Position numbers and translations under genes: made by a program
Part shown: in pieces, positions 29,288 through 39,877 of the stretch
How the letters are laid out: each line of letters opens with the position of its first letter
How positions within the stretch are numbered: the first letter of the stretch is position 1
Assembly: GCA_034530615.2 (NCBI GenBank)
Contig: JAVRCV020000068.1
Location: 32,001-96,000, forward strand
Length of the DNA: 64,000 nucleotides
Origin: Aulosira sp. ZfuVER01
GTDB lineage: Bacteria > Cyanobacteriota > Cyanobacteriia > Cyanobacteriales > Nostocaceae
Direction of reading: 5' to 3'
Notes under the pieces: model-generated
The model's database searches: none
What the model saw: the letters and a program-made list of their open reading frames with translations, nothing else
What the model was told of the DNA's origin: nothing

Positions 29288-31063
29288 GTGCTGTATTTAG
29301 CAGAAGTACAAAAGCAAAAAGGCAACTTACTCACTACTAATTTACTCAGTAGTAGTTCTAAAACCGAATTGAAACTCCTGGCTTGTCAGCGAACCGACCA
29401 GAATTGGAGTACTGTGTCGGAAGATGTGATTGTGGCTGAGGAAGCAAATAAATTAAATGATGGCGCGCTCGTGCTGGTAGAACTGACTCCCAATCGTCAA
29501 GTGCAGCGGATTCAAGAGGCTGGGCGGCCGCTAGTTAATATATTGCAGAATTTTTCTCGCCAGTTGGAAAAATTTAAGCTGAAAGAAGACGAGATTGACC
29601 AGTGGAAACAATCGTTAACATTTCAGGCGCAAGAATTGAATCGCCGCGAAATGGAAATGGAAGTCCGCTTGGAACAGTTGCAACAAATGGAAGATGAATT
29701 CCATCAACTGGAGGCGCAAAAAGAGGAATTTGAAAATTCCCGTACAGAGATTGACAAATTGCAACAAGAAATAGAGCGCAATCGCCAGGAATTAGAAGGA
29801 GCCTGGGAGCATTTGCGCGGTGAGCAGCGGCGTTTGGAGGAGTTGCAAGCAGATCATCAGCAGGGTAAGGGTTTAGATGAAGAGCAAAGTCGAGTAATAA
29901 GTGAATTACTCGATCGCTTGTCTAGTCGCGTTGATCCTACAGAAACAGTGCGCGAACACCTAAATTTTGCTTTTGAGTTAGTTGAAAAGCAGCAAGCTAC
30001 CCTAAATCAATACTGGGAAAAACTAGAGGAGCAAAAAACTGTAGCTACTCAACAGCAAGAGGAAGTTGACAGCCTCGCACAAACTTTTAGCGATCGCCAA
30101 AATACCTGGGAAGAGGCACAAAATTCTTTTCATCAACGTAGCGCTGAGTTAAAAGTAAATACGGCAGTTCTGACTAGCAAGCGAGAATATGCTCAAATCT
30201 TAAAAGAACAATTGCGAAATCAAGAAGAGTTATATCAACAGATTCAGTCCTTGGCTGCAACATCGGGAGATGGAATTCCTGGGCAAAAAGTAGATGTGAA
30301 AGCTTTAGAGAATATGCCCTTAGATGAACTGCAAAAAGTGGTACAAGATTTGCAGGAGAAGTTGAACATAGACTCTAGCTTTGTCCACGATCAAGAACAA
30401 GAACTGATATATAAGCAAGAAGCCATAGATGAACTACAAAATAAGATTAATCAAGCATCTGACCAGGATGTGATTAATCTAGAAATGGAACTGGCAGAGG
30501 AAAAAGACCTTTACCAGATGTTAAACCAAAGTTTGGTAGGGCAACGCCGTAATTTGCTACAGCGGCAGAAGTTAATCAAGCAACATCAATCTGTACTCCT
30601 CAAGCGACAAGGACAGACTGTTGCTGATGAACCAGAAGAGAATGCAATTGATTTAGGGCCGATTCTTTTGCAAACTGAAAACCAGCGACAACAACAGTCT
30701 CAAGAATTGCAAAAGCTGGAACGTGAGATTGAGCAGATACAAGCTGGTATTGACCTAGCACAAGGGATGATTGAAAATCAAAGCCACGATTTAGAAGAGA
30801 AACGCCAAGAACTGAAAACAATGGAGGACAACTTACTGTCCCTCAGAACAACAACTACTGAATGCTGGGGTCGAGTTAATCTCTATCAAGAGACACTACA
30901 ACCAATTCAAGATTGTTTGGATGGTTTACGGCAGAAATTGCAAGGTATGGTTGACTCTTTAGCTCAAGTTCAAGAAACTGGCGATCATCAACTCCAGGCT
31001 ATTGCTCAAATGCGCCATACTCTGCTGGATCTCATATCTCAGCCAGAATTAGTAGCATCATGA
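29288..31063 (+). CDS. hmpF: Pilus motility/taxis coiled-coil protein HmpF
   Basis: MLYLAEVQKQ...ELKLLACQR N-terminus, long coiled coil, divergent from hmpA. Confidence 0.88.
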   Translation: MLYLAEVQKQKGNLLTTNLLSSSSKTELKLLACQRTDQNWSTVSEDVIVAEEANKLNDGALVLVELTPNRQVQRIQEAGRPLVNILQNFSRQLEKFKLKEDEIDQWKQSLTFQAQELNRREMEMEVRLEQLQQMEDEFHQLEAQKEEFENSRTEIDKLQQEIERNRQELEGAWEHLRGEQRRLEELQADHQQGKGLDEEQSRVISELLDRLSSRVDPTETVREHLNFAFELVEKQQATLNQYWEKLEEQKTVATQQQEEVDSLAQTFSDRQNTWEEAQNSFHQRSAELKVNTAVLTSKREYAQILKEQLRNQEELYQQIQSLAATSGDGIPGQKVDVKALENMPLDELQKVVQDLQEKLNIDSSFVHDQEQELIYKQEAIDELQNKINQASDQDVINLEMELAEEKDLYQMLNQSLVGQRRNLLQRQKLIKQHQSVLLKRQGQTVADEPEENAIDLGPILLQTENQRQQQSQELQKLEREIEQIQAGIDLAQGMIENQSHDLEEKRQELKTMEDNLLSLRTTTTECWGRVNLYQETLQPIQDCLDGLRQKLQGMVDSLAQVQETGDHQLQAIAQMRHTLLDLISQPELVAS

Positions 31064-31100
31064 AAAGGATAAAGTCTGAAGGCTGAAGTGTTTTCATCCT

Positions 31101-32102
31101 TCAGACTTCACTCTTGATGTAGATCCAATCACCTTGCACTTGAGCGATCGCACCGCCAGGAAAGGGATCGGTTTGCGAACGATTGGGTGCTGTAATTAAA
31201 TTAGTTAATTTCTCGATGTGTTCAAAACTTGGCGCATCAGGAAGTATTTCTTGTAGGACTTGACGTATAACACGACGTTGCAATGCTAGCGGTGCTGTCT
31301 GCAATATGCGACGATTTAGCTTTAAGGGTAAATCAGCCGAAACATTCTCTTGGTTTCCCCCACTAATTGCTTCTTCCCTCAACTTATGAGCAGCTGTCTC
31401 TAAATATTCCACTTCTGCTTGGAGAAGTTCCGCTGTTTGGGCTAAAGCCGATTCTACTTTGGGGTTAAAATTTTTTTGCAGATATGGAATTAACTCTTGG
31501 CGGATGCGGTTACGGGCGTATTGCACATCTTGATTTGTGGAATCTTCCCAAATTGGTAGATGGAAATCATCGCAAAACTGCTTTGTTTGTGTACGAGTAA
31601 TTTCTAAAAGTGGACGTACTAAGGTAATGTCTACAGTTAGTGGGCGTTGCCAAGTCATAGCTTGCAAACCATCAGCCCCCGTACCGCGCATTAAATTATA
31701 TAGAAGAGTCTCGGCGCGATCGCTAGCTGTGTGTCCTGTGACAATACAGTGGTAATGATTTCCCTGAACGATCGCACTTAAAGCTTGATACCGCCAAGTA
31801 CGTGCAGCAGCTTCACTAGTTAAGGGTTGCGTAGCAGTTTCTAAATAAAATGATATATTCCAGCTTTTAGCTAATTGTTCTACATGGATCGCATTAGCTT
31901 GGGAGTCAGTACGCCAGCGATGATCGCAGTGAGCAATACCTAAATGCCATCCCCATTTTGATTGCAAATCTAAGAGTAATTTTACCAGACACAAAGAATC
32001 TTGACCGCCAGAAACCGCCACTAATAGACGTTGATTGCGCTCAAATAAGTGGCGCATTCGGATAGTACGATGAATTTTTGCATGTAGGGGAGTCCATACC
32101 AT
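31101..32102 (-). CDS. tilS: tRNA(Ile)-lysidine synthetase
   Basis: PP-loop AVSGGQDS, HCDHRWR, EAAARTWRY, TGHTASDRAET, RNRIR; ATG at 32102. Confidence 0.95.
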   Translation of the reverse strand: MVWTPLHAKIHRTIRMRHLFERNQRLLVAVSGGQDSLCLVKLLLDLQSKWGWHLGIAHCDHRWRTDSQANAIHVEQLAKSWNISFYLETATQPLTSEAAARTWRYQALSAIVQGNHYHCIVTGHTASDRAETLLYNLMRGTGADGLQAMTWQRPLTVDITLVRPLLEITRTQTKQFCDDFHLPIWEDSTNQDVQYARNRIRQELIPYLQKNFNPKVESALAQTAELLQAEVEYLETAAHKLREEAISGGNQENVSADLPLKLNRRILQTAPLALQRRVIRQVLQEILPDAPSFEHIEKLTNLITAPNRSQTDPFPGGAIAQVQGDWIYIKSEV

Positions 32103-32265
32103 TTTTTCTTTTGAACCACAGACAGACACACAACATTTTCTATTTTATCCGCGTCATCTGGGTACAGATAGCAGTTTAATTTTGGATTTTGTTAACCGCT
32201 AAAATTCGTGGTTCTATCATCAGGCTTATCAATAAATTTGATAAGGCTTAAATTTAGATATTAGT

Positions 32266-32571
32266 TCAAAATGTAGGGCTGTGTTGTTCATCCCAACATT
32301 TATTATCATGCCAATTTCTGTTTGTATATTGACATTCAGAAGCATTATCAATCCAAGGAATTGATGTAGCGTGAGGAGATTCGTTACTGGAAGTCACTAA
32401 TGAAAATAATGAAGAATTTAATGCAGGGAATAGCGAAGAAAAGGCAGTGAAAGTACAAATTGGTAGAACTAAGAAAATTGCCATGCACAACATAGTGTTG
32501 CTAAAATTCCAAAAAGGTTTACCTGTTTTGGATTTCAGAGTATTTTTCTTGGTTTTAAAATTTGATAACAC
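32266..32571 (-). CDS. Small membrane/secreted hypothetical protein with a C-terminal Cys pair
   Basis: Basic N-terminus, hydrophobic segment, IPWIDNASECQYTNRNWHDNKCWDEQHSPTF. Confidence 0.6.
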   Translation of the reverse strand: MLSNFKTKKNTLKSKTGKPFWNFSNTMLCMAIFLVLPICTFTAFSSLFPALNSSLFSLVTSSNESPHATSIPWIDNASECQYTNRNWHDNKCWDEQHSPTF

Positions 32572-32784
32572 AATATCAACCCTATGAATGCCTATTAGTT
32601 CTTGATGCTGTATTGGATAGCTATATTCTATGCATTCAAAGCTACATTAACCATGAGGATATTACTGTTTATATTTTTGAGCGTGCGATTGTTTTAAGCA
32701 ATAATTCAGGGGACATTCAAAGAATAATACGCTTTTTTGCTGAAAATTCTTAAAGGGAGAATGTGTAATTAATCAATAATTTAT

Positions 32785-32810
32785 AAAAAAACCTCCCATA
32801 CAGGGAGGCT
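32785..32810 (-). terminator. Intrinsic terminator
   Basis: CCTCCC-ataca-GGGAGG with an A-run on the left. Confidence 0.7.
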
Positions 32811-32840
32811 TAAAGAAATAAGCGGAGACAATTTTGTCAT

Positions 32841-35800
32841 CTACAGCAGAACAACAGCGATCGCTCCTCCTAATGCTGAGAAAATAGCGGAGACAACTGC
32901 TGTCGCAAATAACCACCAAGCGGCTGTAGCGGCGGCTTTGCGGGTTTCTTCTGCTTGCCGCTGTGCTTGATGTTTTACTTCTTCTAAACGGCGTTGTGCT
33001 TCGTGGTGCAGGCGTTCTGCCCGTTGTAGAACTGTGTTGCGAGCTCCTTCAATTTGGTCAATAATCCGGTTGGCATCTTCTTCGGAGATATCTTCGCGGG
33101 AACTAATCAGTGCTACTAAGGTATCGCGGTTGAAAGAAGACAGGCGATCGCGTAACGCATCAAATCCAGCCTGGGGATCGTCAAATAATTGGCGAACATC
33201 ACGCTTAATACTATCGTAGTTCAGTTCTGGGCGCTCTAAGGAGTTGAGATAGTTGCGGATGCGGGCAAAAACTCCATCAATTACATCTTGGATGCGGCGC
33301 TGGATACCTCGTACTTGCTCTATAAATTGATCGCGCACCGATACGATGTTATCTGCGATTCTGGCTGCTTCTTCATCACTCATATCTTCGCGGATTTTCA
33401 GCAGCGCAATAATTGTGGAACGATCGAAATGAGCCAAGCGATCGCTAAAACTTTCTATGCCAACACGGGGATCGTGCAATAACAGTTGTAAGTCGCGCTT
33501 GATACCTTCTGGGTTGAGTTCTTCTTTACCAGTCTGCCGCAAATACTCTTCTAAATAAGCTTGGAAAGTTTCTACTCTTTGCTGTGTTCTGGTAGCGAGG
33601 CGACGAGGCGCACGAACAATGTTACGAATTGAATGTTGTACGGAATCAATGACTTCATTGACTTGCTGTTCGCTCAAGTCTTGACGTTGACCGAGTAATT
33701 TCACCAGTGTATCCCGGTCTACCTGTGACAAGCGACGGCGTAATGCCAAGGCTCCTTCTTTGGGGTTTTCAAACAGTCTATTTAAATCTCTTTGAATACC
33801 TTCGGGATTGAGTTCGGCTTTGCCTGTGTTGCGCAAGTAATCAGCGATCGTGGTGCTAACAGAGTCGTATTGGTCTTTCGCTTTGTCTGCTATCGCTTGC
33901 GGTGCGTGGCGGATACTATGCCATGAATGTTCTACAGTATCAAGAATTTGATTCGCTTGTTCTTGGCTAATATCTTGGCGCTGACTCAATAGTTGTACCA
34001 AGGTGTCACGATCAAAACGAGCTAATCTGGCTCTAATTGCGATCGCTCCGCCTTGGGGATCTTCCAGCAAGCGTTTGATATCGGCACGAATCGCATCGGG
34101 GTTGAGTTCAGCTTTCCCAGTGTTACGCAGATATGATTCTAAATTGAGCCACAGTGTTTCTGCTTGATATTTTGCTTGGTCTGCTAGTCCTTTGGATTCG
34201 ATCAAGACGCGATCGCGTTGTTTTTCTAAATCCTCTAGAATCGCGTCTATTTCGTATGGCTGAATATCGTTGCGTTGAAACAGTATTTGTTGCATTTGGT
34301 GGCGATCGATCGCAGCTAATCGCCGTGATAGGGTTTCATAATCTGCATCTGGGTCTTGCAACAGATGTCTGAAATCCCGTTCAATACCTTCTGAGGTTAA
34401 ATCAGCCTTACTAGTAACGAGTAGGTAACTAGAGACTCGACGTTGTAAGTCTTCTACGATTTCTCTTTCTTCAACGGCTGTTACTGTCACCAACACTTCT
34501 TGGCGCACAGCTTCTAGTTGATCGGCAATCCGCTGAATTTGTCCTTGAGTCAGCAGTCCCCGTTGTTGCAGGATATTCACAAAATCATTGCGAGAAAGTC
34601 GCTCTAATTCCCGTCGCACTACTCCAGGATCAGCCGCCGGATCGTAGATGACATCACGAAATTCTTGGGCAATTCTTTCGCGGCTGAGTTGCCAAGAATA
34701 AGTGTTAGACAGGTAGTTTTCGACATCAGCCCGAATGGGACTATAGGGTTGAGAAGCTCCTGGTAAACCTAACTTATCGGCTTGTTCGCTGACTTTATCT
34801 TTAGCTGTGGATAGAGATTGCCAAATTTTTTCTATATCTAAATCTGACAAGTCTGTTCTTCCCAAAGCAACACCAGTCAAGGCAGATATTCCTTGCTGGA
34901 TTGTTTGCTGAATTGGGCCTGGGGCTTTTTGGTCAGCTTCTTTAGAACTACGAGTTTCTGCGATTAATCTCTCCAGCTTGGCATTGAGTTCATCTGTTTT
35001 AGTTTGCCCTGGTGGTAGTGATTTAAGATATTCAACTAACTCCCCTAGGCGGTCTTGGGCTGGTGCTTGCTGGCTCACTACCTGTTGCCAGAGTTTATAC
35101 AATGTGTCAGCGATGCGTTTAACATCTCGTTTAGAAAGGTCGGTGCGGCTGCTGACTAAATCAATAAACTTTTGGCGGTCAATGTTGCGCAGATCTGGAC
35201 TACCTGCGATCGCTTGAAATTGTGGGTCTTTGAGTAAGTTTTCAAAGTCACTGCGGATCTTCGATAAATCTAACTCTGGAGGACGCAACCTGTCTAAGTA
35301 ATCTTCTACATTTTCTCGGATACTGGTTGGGTCGATCCCGCTTCCTAATTCCCGACGCACTGCGGCGGCGGCGGCTTCAGCTGTCGCAACAACTTGATTA
35401 CTGACAGCTTTTGCACCGAATGCAGCAGTAGCTGTCCCCATAATCGCTTGAAAGCCGGAGGTAGCCGTATTCACTACTGAGCCAATTAAGGAACCCACTG
35501 TGGTAGAACTTACCCACATCAGTAGTAAAAAGTATGCACCCCAAATCACTAACCCCAGAATTGCACCAAGTCCCGGATCTAAGACTAGGAGACTGAGTTT
35601 GACTGCCAAAAAACAAGCAATCAACAGGGCGATCGTTACAGTGATTAACGTCCATATCCCGACTGCTGTACCAATTTTGCGAATCGTACCGCCCAAACTT
35701 CCCACTTCATGACGATCTGAATCTGAATCAGATGAATGACCTAGGTAGGAAATACCGAAAGCAAGGGAAAGGTTGGTTAATACTAATTGGAAAGCAAAGG

Positions 35801-35957
35801 CTAGAATTACACCGGAGATTAACGCAATAAAAAAGCGCGGGCCAGAAGTCACAACCGATGCTTGTGCTGGCGTGACGCCGGAGGAGTCTACTGGAACCTG
35901 TGCCACCCACAAGAGTGGCTTGTAGAGTCCCAACATAATTTCTGTACTTTGAAACAT
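32841..35957 (-). CDS. Large membrane-anchored helical-repeat protein of unknown function
   Basis: N-terminal TM segments, repeats YLRxTGKxELNPEGIxRDLxxLxxDP, C-terminal TM AAWWLFATAVVSA. Confidence 0.85.
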   Translation of the reverse strand: MFQSTEIMLGLYKPLLWVAQVPVDSSGVTPAQASVVTSGPRFFIALISGVILAFAFQLVLTNLSLAFGISYLGHSSDSDSDRHEVGSLGGTIRKIGTAVGIWTLITVTIALLIACFLAVKLSLLVLDPGLGAILGLVIWGAYFLLLMWVSSTTVGSLIGSVVNTATSGFQAIMGTATAAFGAKAVSNQVVATAEAAAAAVRRELGSGIDPTSIRENVEDYLDRLRPPELDLSKIRSDFENLLKDPQFQAIAGSPDLRNIDRQKFIDLVSSRTDLSKRDVKRIADTLYKLWQQVVSQQAPAQDRLGELVEYLKSLPPGQTKTDELNAKLERLIAETRSSKEADQKAPGPIQQTIQQGISALTGVALGRTDLSDLDIEKIWQSLSTAKDKVSEQADKLGLPGASQPYSPIRADVENYLSNTYSWQLSRERIAQEFRDVIYDPAADPGVVRRELERLSRNDFVNILQQRGLLTQGQIQRIADQLEAVRQEVLVTVTAVEEREIVEDLQRRVSSYLLVTSKADLTSEGIERDFRHLLQDPDADYETLSRRLAAIDRHQMQQILFQRNDIQPYEIDAILEDLEKQRDRVLIESKGLADQAKYQAETLWLNLESYLRNTGKAELNPDAIRADIKRLLEDPQGGAIAIRARLARFDRDTLVQLLSQRQDISQEQANQILDTVEHSWHSIRHAPQAIADKAKDQYDSVSTTIADYLRNTGKAELNPEGIQRDLNRLFENPKEGALALRRRLSQVDRDTLVKLLGQRQDLSEQQVNEVIDSVQHSIRNIVRAPRRLATRTQQRVETFQAYLEEYLRQTGKEELNPEGIKRDLQLLLHDPRVGIESFSDRLAHFDRSTIIALLKIREDMSDEEAARIADNIVSVRDQFIEQVRGIQRRIQDVIDGVFARIRNYLNSLERPELNYDSIKRDVRQLFDDPQAGFDALRDRLSSFNRDTLVALISSREDISEEDANRIIDQIEGARNTVLQRAERLHHEAQRRLEEVKHQAQRQAEETRKAAATAAWWLFATAVVSAIFSALGGAIAVVLL

Positions 35958-36488
35958 TGTATTTCCTTTCTCTAAATTTAAATTTGAGGAAATTAAGGAT
36001 TACGTAGGCAGAAACTCTGTATTTATGGCAATACCTAACTCTTGTAGATCTCAGAATCGTGGAATTTAGGCGTTTAGTGCATCTCTCCACAGTTTGAACA
36101 GCATATCTAGCGCTAGATAGAAATTTAACTAGCCAAAGGGAAAATCTTCATGAGAAAGCTTGCAAAATCATGATTTATGATTTATCTCCACCGATAAACT
36201 CTCTCTTTCATTAGTGTTTATTGGAGTAAATTGATTTTACTAAGAATTTAATTTAATGATGGGTGATTTTTTCAAGTAAATTACCAAGCTTAATTGCTCT
36301 TTAATGTTGCGAGCATTACATTTATTTACAAATATTTTTTTATCACCATCTTAGGGTTGATATGTCAGCTTCAATAGCATTTTTATCATCATCCACAAGA
36401 AGTGCTTATAGTTTGTACCTATAGACAGAAAGCAATTTATTTATAAATCGTTACATTTAAACCAAGAAACAAATTGTTAAGGGAAAAA

Positions 36489-36692
36489 ATGGAAACTCGC
36501 TCTTCCACGGATTTACCAACAATTGCTACAGAATATAACGGCATAGATCGTAATGCCTTTATATTCGGCTGGACTCCCCAAGCCGAACTATGGAATGGTC
36601 GTTTGGCAGCTATTGGATTTCTCGCCTATTTATTGTGGGATTTAGCTGGTTATAGCGTCCTCCGCGACGTATTACACCTCATCGGTTACTAA
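36489..36692 (+). CDS. hli: High-light-inducible protein (CAB/ELIP/HLIP family), copy 1
   Basis: GWTPQAELWNGRLAAIGF; 67 aa from ATG 36489. Confidence 0.9.
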   Translation: METRSSTDLPTIATEYNGIDRNAFIFGWTPQAELWNGRLAAIGFLAYLLWDLAGYSVLRDVLHLIGY

Positions 36693-36743
36693 CACTTAAA
36701 TACACAAAAAACAACTCAAAATTACTCTATATTGGAGACAAAA

Positions 36744-36947
36744 ATGGAAACTCGTCCTTCTACTGATTTACCACCAGTTGCTACAGAATATAACGGCGTA
36801 GATCGTAATGCTTTTCTGTTTGGCTGGACACCCCAAGCTGAACTATGGAACGGTCGTTTAGCAGCTATTGGATTTCTCGCCTATTTATTGTGGGATTTAG
36901 CTGGTTATAGCGTCCTCCGCGATGTATTGCATCTGATTGGCTACTAA
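36744..36947 (+). CDS. hli: High-light-inducible protein, copy 2
   Basis: Same motif; SD GGAG. Confidence 0.9.
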   Translation: METRPSTDLPPVATEYNGVDRNAFLFGWTPQAELWNGRLAAIGFLAYLLWDLAGYSVLRDVLHLIGY

Positions 36948-36989
36948 AGATTAAGTACTCAAAAAATTGCTCAATTTTGGAGGAAAAAA

Positions 36990-37193
36990 ATGGAAAGTCG
37001 TCCTTCTACTGAACTACCAGCAGTTGCTAAGGCTTACAACGGCATAGATCGAAATGCTTTTATCTTTGGCTGGAATCCTCAAGCCGAATTGTGGAATGGC
37101 CGTTTAGCAGCTATTGGATTTCTAGCTTACTTATTGTGGGATTTAGCTGGATATAGTGTTCTGCGCGACGTATTGCACATTATGAGTTACTAA
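36990..37193 (+). CDS. hli: High-light-inducible protein, copy 3
   Basis: GWNPQAELWNGRLAAIGF; SD GGAGG. Confidence 0.9.
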   Translation: MESRPSTELPAVAKAYNGIDRNAFIFGWNPQAELWNGRLAAIGFLAYLLWDLAGYSVLRDVLHIMSY

Positions 37194-37294
37194 CTTGCCC
37201 ACACTTACCTATTCGGAGCAAGCTCAAAGTGAGTGTATTTTGTCAATACATCTTTGAGTCTAAATAAATCTGGATAAGGATAATAATCGTACCG

Positions 37295-37331
37295 TGGGGG
37301 AAGAGGCGAGCGACACTCGCCTCTTCCCCCA
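37295..37331. repeat. Perfect 16-bp-stem inverted repeat (terminator or mRNA stabiliser)
   Basis: TGGGGGAAGAGGCGAG-cgaca-CTCGCCTCTTCCCCCA. Confidence 0.75.
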
Positions 37332-37542
37332 TGCTAAAGCTAATATTCTACTCAATTAGATGAGCTTACCCTGGGAAAAATCCTAATACCTATACATTGT
37401 GAGGAATTTTATTCATAATTTATTGATAGAATCAACCTCTAATTTTTATTTCTATTTTTGAAATTCAATACTATGGATAGATGCTGTTTACTATGAGATC
37501 GGCATTCTGATTTTTTGTAACAAAAAATCATTCAACAAACTC

Positions 37543-37647
37543 ATACCAATTCACGAAAACCCTGATACATATAGGTTCTTAATGAGGGCACAGCATTGCT
37601 GTGCCCCTACCTTCAGATTTATATGATTATTTAAAGTGAGATGGTAT
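37543..37647. repeat. MITE-like element with internal REP-like palindrome
   Basis: Ends ATACCAATTCAC / GTGAGATGGTAT; internal GGGCACAGCA-t-TGCTGTGCCC. Confidence 0.6.
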
Positions 37648-37819
37648 CAATCGTTTTATGTGCTTTCGATGACATTTACATAAATTACGTGGGAAAACCG
37701 TACTCAAATGGGAGGTTATCTGTAATCTAAATCATAGATGAGCTAGATAAAATCAAAGTGCGACTTAAGTAATGCTGTTGCCTAAAACTTTAATTACAGC
37801 ATTAGCAGGAGAGCAAAAT

Positions 37820-38689
37820 ATGGGAAATAAATTCAAAACTTTGGTATTGTTAGCTACTCTTAGTGGGTTGTTGATAGCAATTAGTTACTGGGTGATTGGC
37901 GGCAGTACTGGGTTAATTATAGGTATTGGTTTAGCAGCAGTCACAAATCTATTTTCTTGGTATCAATCAGATAAAATTGCGCTGGCTGTATATCGCGCCC
38001 AGCCTGTGAGTGAAGCCCAAGCGCCGGGACTGTATCGTATGGTGAAGAAATTGAGCGATCGCGCCAATATTCCCATGCCGGCAGTTTATATTGTTCCTGG
38101 TCAAACTGCCAATGCTTTCGCTACAGGACGCGATCCAGAACACGCGGCGGTTGCTGTTACAGAAGGAATTTTGCAGATATTACCAGAGGATGAACTCGAA
38201 GGTGTAATCGCCCACGAACTTACCCACATTATTAACCGTGACACCTTAACCCAAGCCGTTGCAGCCACAATCGCTGGTGCAATTTCATTCTTGGCGCAAA
38301 TGGTAAGTTACAGCTTATGGTTTGGCGGTGGTTCGCGAGATAATGACAGAGGCGGTAATCCTTTAGGTGTTTTATTAACAGTTTTACTTGCGCCTTTGGC
38401 TGCCACAATTATTCAACTAGCAATTTCGCGTACAAGAGAATTCTCCGCCGATGCTGGTTCTGCGAAATTAACTGGTAATCCCCGCGCTTTAGCTAGGGCA
38501 TTGCAACGCTTAGAATTGACAGCAAAGCAGTTACCTTTGAATGCTAATCCAGCTTTTGAGCCATTATTAATTATCAATCCTATCTCTGGGCAGTTTTTGG
38601 GTAACTTGTTCTCTAGCCACCCTTCCACGGATGCGCGAGTTGAACAATTGCTGAAATTAGAGCAACAACTGTCAACAACAGTTTATTAG
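37820..38689 (+). CDS. htpX: Zinc metalloprotease HtpX (M48)
   Basis: ANAFATGRDP, AHELTH (HExxH), SRTREFSAD, FSSHPS; ATG 37820 after AGGAG. Confidence 0.93.
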   Translation: MGNKFKTLVLLATLSGLLIAISYWVIGGSTGLIIGIGLAAVTNLFSWYQSDKIALAVYRAQPVSEAQAPGLYRMVKKLSDRANIPMPAVYIVPGQTANAFATGRDPEHAAVAVTEGILQILPEDELEGVIAHELTHIINRDTLTQAVAATIAGAISFLAQMVSYSLWFGGGSRDNDRGGNPLGVLLTVLLAPLAATIIQLAISRTREFSADAGSAKLTGNPRALARALQRLELTAKQLPLNANPAFEPLLIINPISGQFLGNLFSSHPSTDARVEQLLKLEQQLSTTVY

Positions 38690-38810
38690 GTATGGGGCAT
38701 TGGGCATTGGGCATTGAGAATTTTATCTTCCCCTGCTCCCTTGTCTTCCTTGTACCCCTGCTCGCTGCTCCCCTGCTTTTTCTCTCTTCCCTTATCCCCC
38801 TTATCTCCTT
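38690..38810. repeat. TGGGCAT heptamers and pyrimidine-rich short repeats
   Basis: (TGGGCAT)n followed by CCCCTGCT/CCCTTGTC units. Confidence 0.65.
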
Positions 38811-38845
38811 GCGAAAAGGTAATTACGAATAAGGATGTATCAACT

Positions 38846-39247
38846 ATGACTGATAAAGATGTTAAATCCACATTAATAATAGAAGTTAGCCCTGAAACTC
38901 ACGAATTGGTAGAAACCGAAATGGTTGGCGAAACTGAAGAAGCCAAGGGCGAAACTAAGGCTTTAATTGAAGCGCTAAAAAAACGCGCCCAAGCTGAAGC
39001 AAAGTCAGCAGGTAATATTAGCAGCGAAACGTATTTGAAAGCTGTGCGTCAAGCACGGGAAGCAATTGAAGCTAGGACACGTGTTGAACGGGAGTATCGC
39101 CTAGAATACGCTTGGCTAGTTATGCAAGACGAATTTGAGAAAAACTGGTACTTGCTGATGAGAGAACTGGTAGATTTCGGCGATCGCCTACAACACGCCG
39201 CTAAAGCCGCCTGGGAAGCTTTCAATGCGCCGCGTTATCAACGTTAA
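38846..39247 (+). CDS. Hypothetical helical protein
   Basis: ATG 38846 after AAGGA; ETKALIEALKKRAQAEA...YLKAVRQAREA...AAKAAWE. Confidence 0.7.
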   Translation: MTDKDVKSTLIIEVSPETHELVETEMVGETEEAKGETKALIEALKKRAQAEAKSAGNISSETYLKAVRQAREAIEARTRVEREYRLEYAWLVMQDEFEKNWYLLMRELVDFGDRLQHAAKAAWEAFNAPRYQR

Positions 39248-39270
39248 TACAACCACATCTATAATCTATG

Positions 39271-39298
39271 GTAGGGACACAGCAGTGCTGTGTCCTTA
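39271..39298. repeat. REP-like palindrome
   Basis: GTAGGGACACAGCA-g-TGCTGTGTCC; related to the 37586-37606 copy. Confidence 0.65.
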
Positions 39299-39398
39299 TT
39301 GCTTTGTGAAGTGGTGCGCGATCGCAATTAATAGAGCTGCCTTAAAAATAGGGAACAGGGAAGAGGTCTTTTCATTGTTCCTTGTAACCGTAGCTTAT

Positions 39399-39504
39399 GG
39401 AGTCTCTTGCATAAGTCGATTTTTTGGATATAGAACCACAGACGAACACCAATGTTTATCCGTATTTATCTGTGTTTTCTATTCCGATTTTTGCAAGAAG
39501 TCTA
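39399..39504. repeat. MITE-like inverted-repeat element
   Basis: TCTTGCATAAGTCG ... CGATTTTTGCAAGAAGTCTA terminal inverted repeats. Confidence 0.6.
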
Positions 39505-39665
39505 ATAAGGTTCTCATAGTCACCACAGTTTGTGCATTTGTTACCAACACGAAAGCAGACGTTACGAATAAAGTTACTGTCCTTACTACAGCTTAAGTAA
39601 AACTTATCAATCAAAGGCAAAATCTAGCCATTTTCGTTTTGATGCCTTTGTGTCAACTTCAAGAT

Positions 39666-39877
39666 TCATGCGTTTCCCTGCAAAAATGGATTCACAATCT
39701 GCAAAGCATTTTCAATAATTAAGCCAACTTGCATATCTTCTGAGTAAAGAATACTCGCCTCTCCTAGAATTGCACTGGCCACGATTAGGCTATCCCAAAA
39801 TGAGAACAAAGAGCAATCTGCACTTGTGCTATAGACTGAAGCGTTTTCAGGGTATTGCATCTATCACCAACGTTCAT
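39666..39877 (-). pseudogene. PIN-domain (VapC-like) toxin, internally deleted
   Basis: C-terminal PIN signature FSFWDSLIVASAILGEASILYSEDMQ...IVNPF is intact; the coupled ATG at 39877 (MNVGDRC) is out of frame and the N-terminal catalytic region is missing. Confidence 0.75.

Noticed and set aside
39225..39596. 123-aa ORF
   Set aside because: Runs through REP/MITE repeats; likely spurious.
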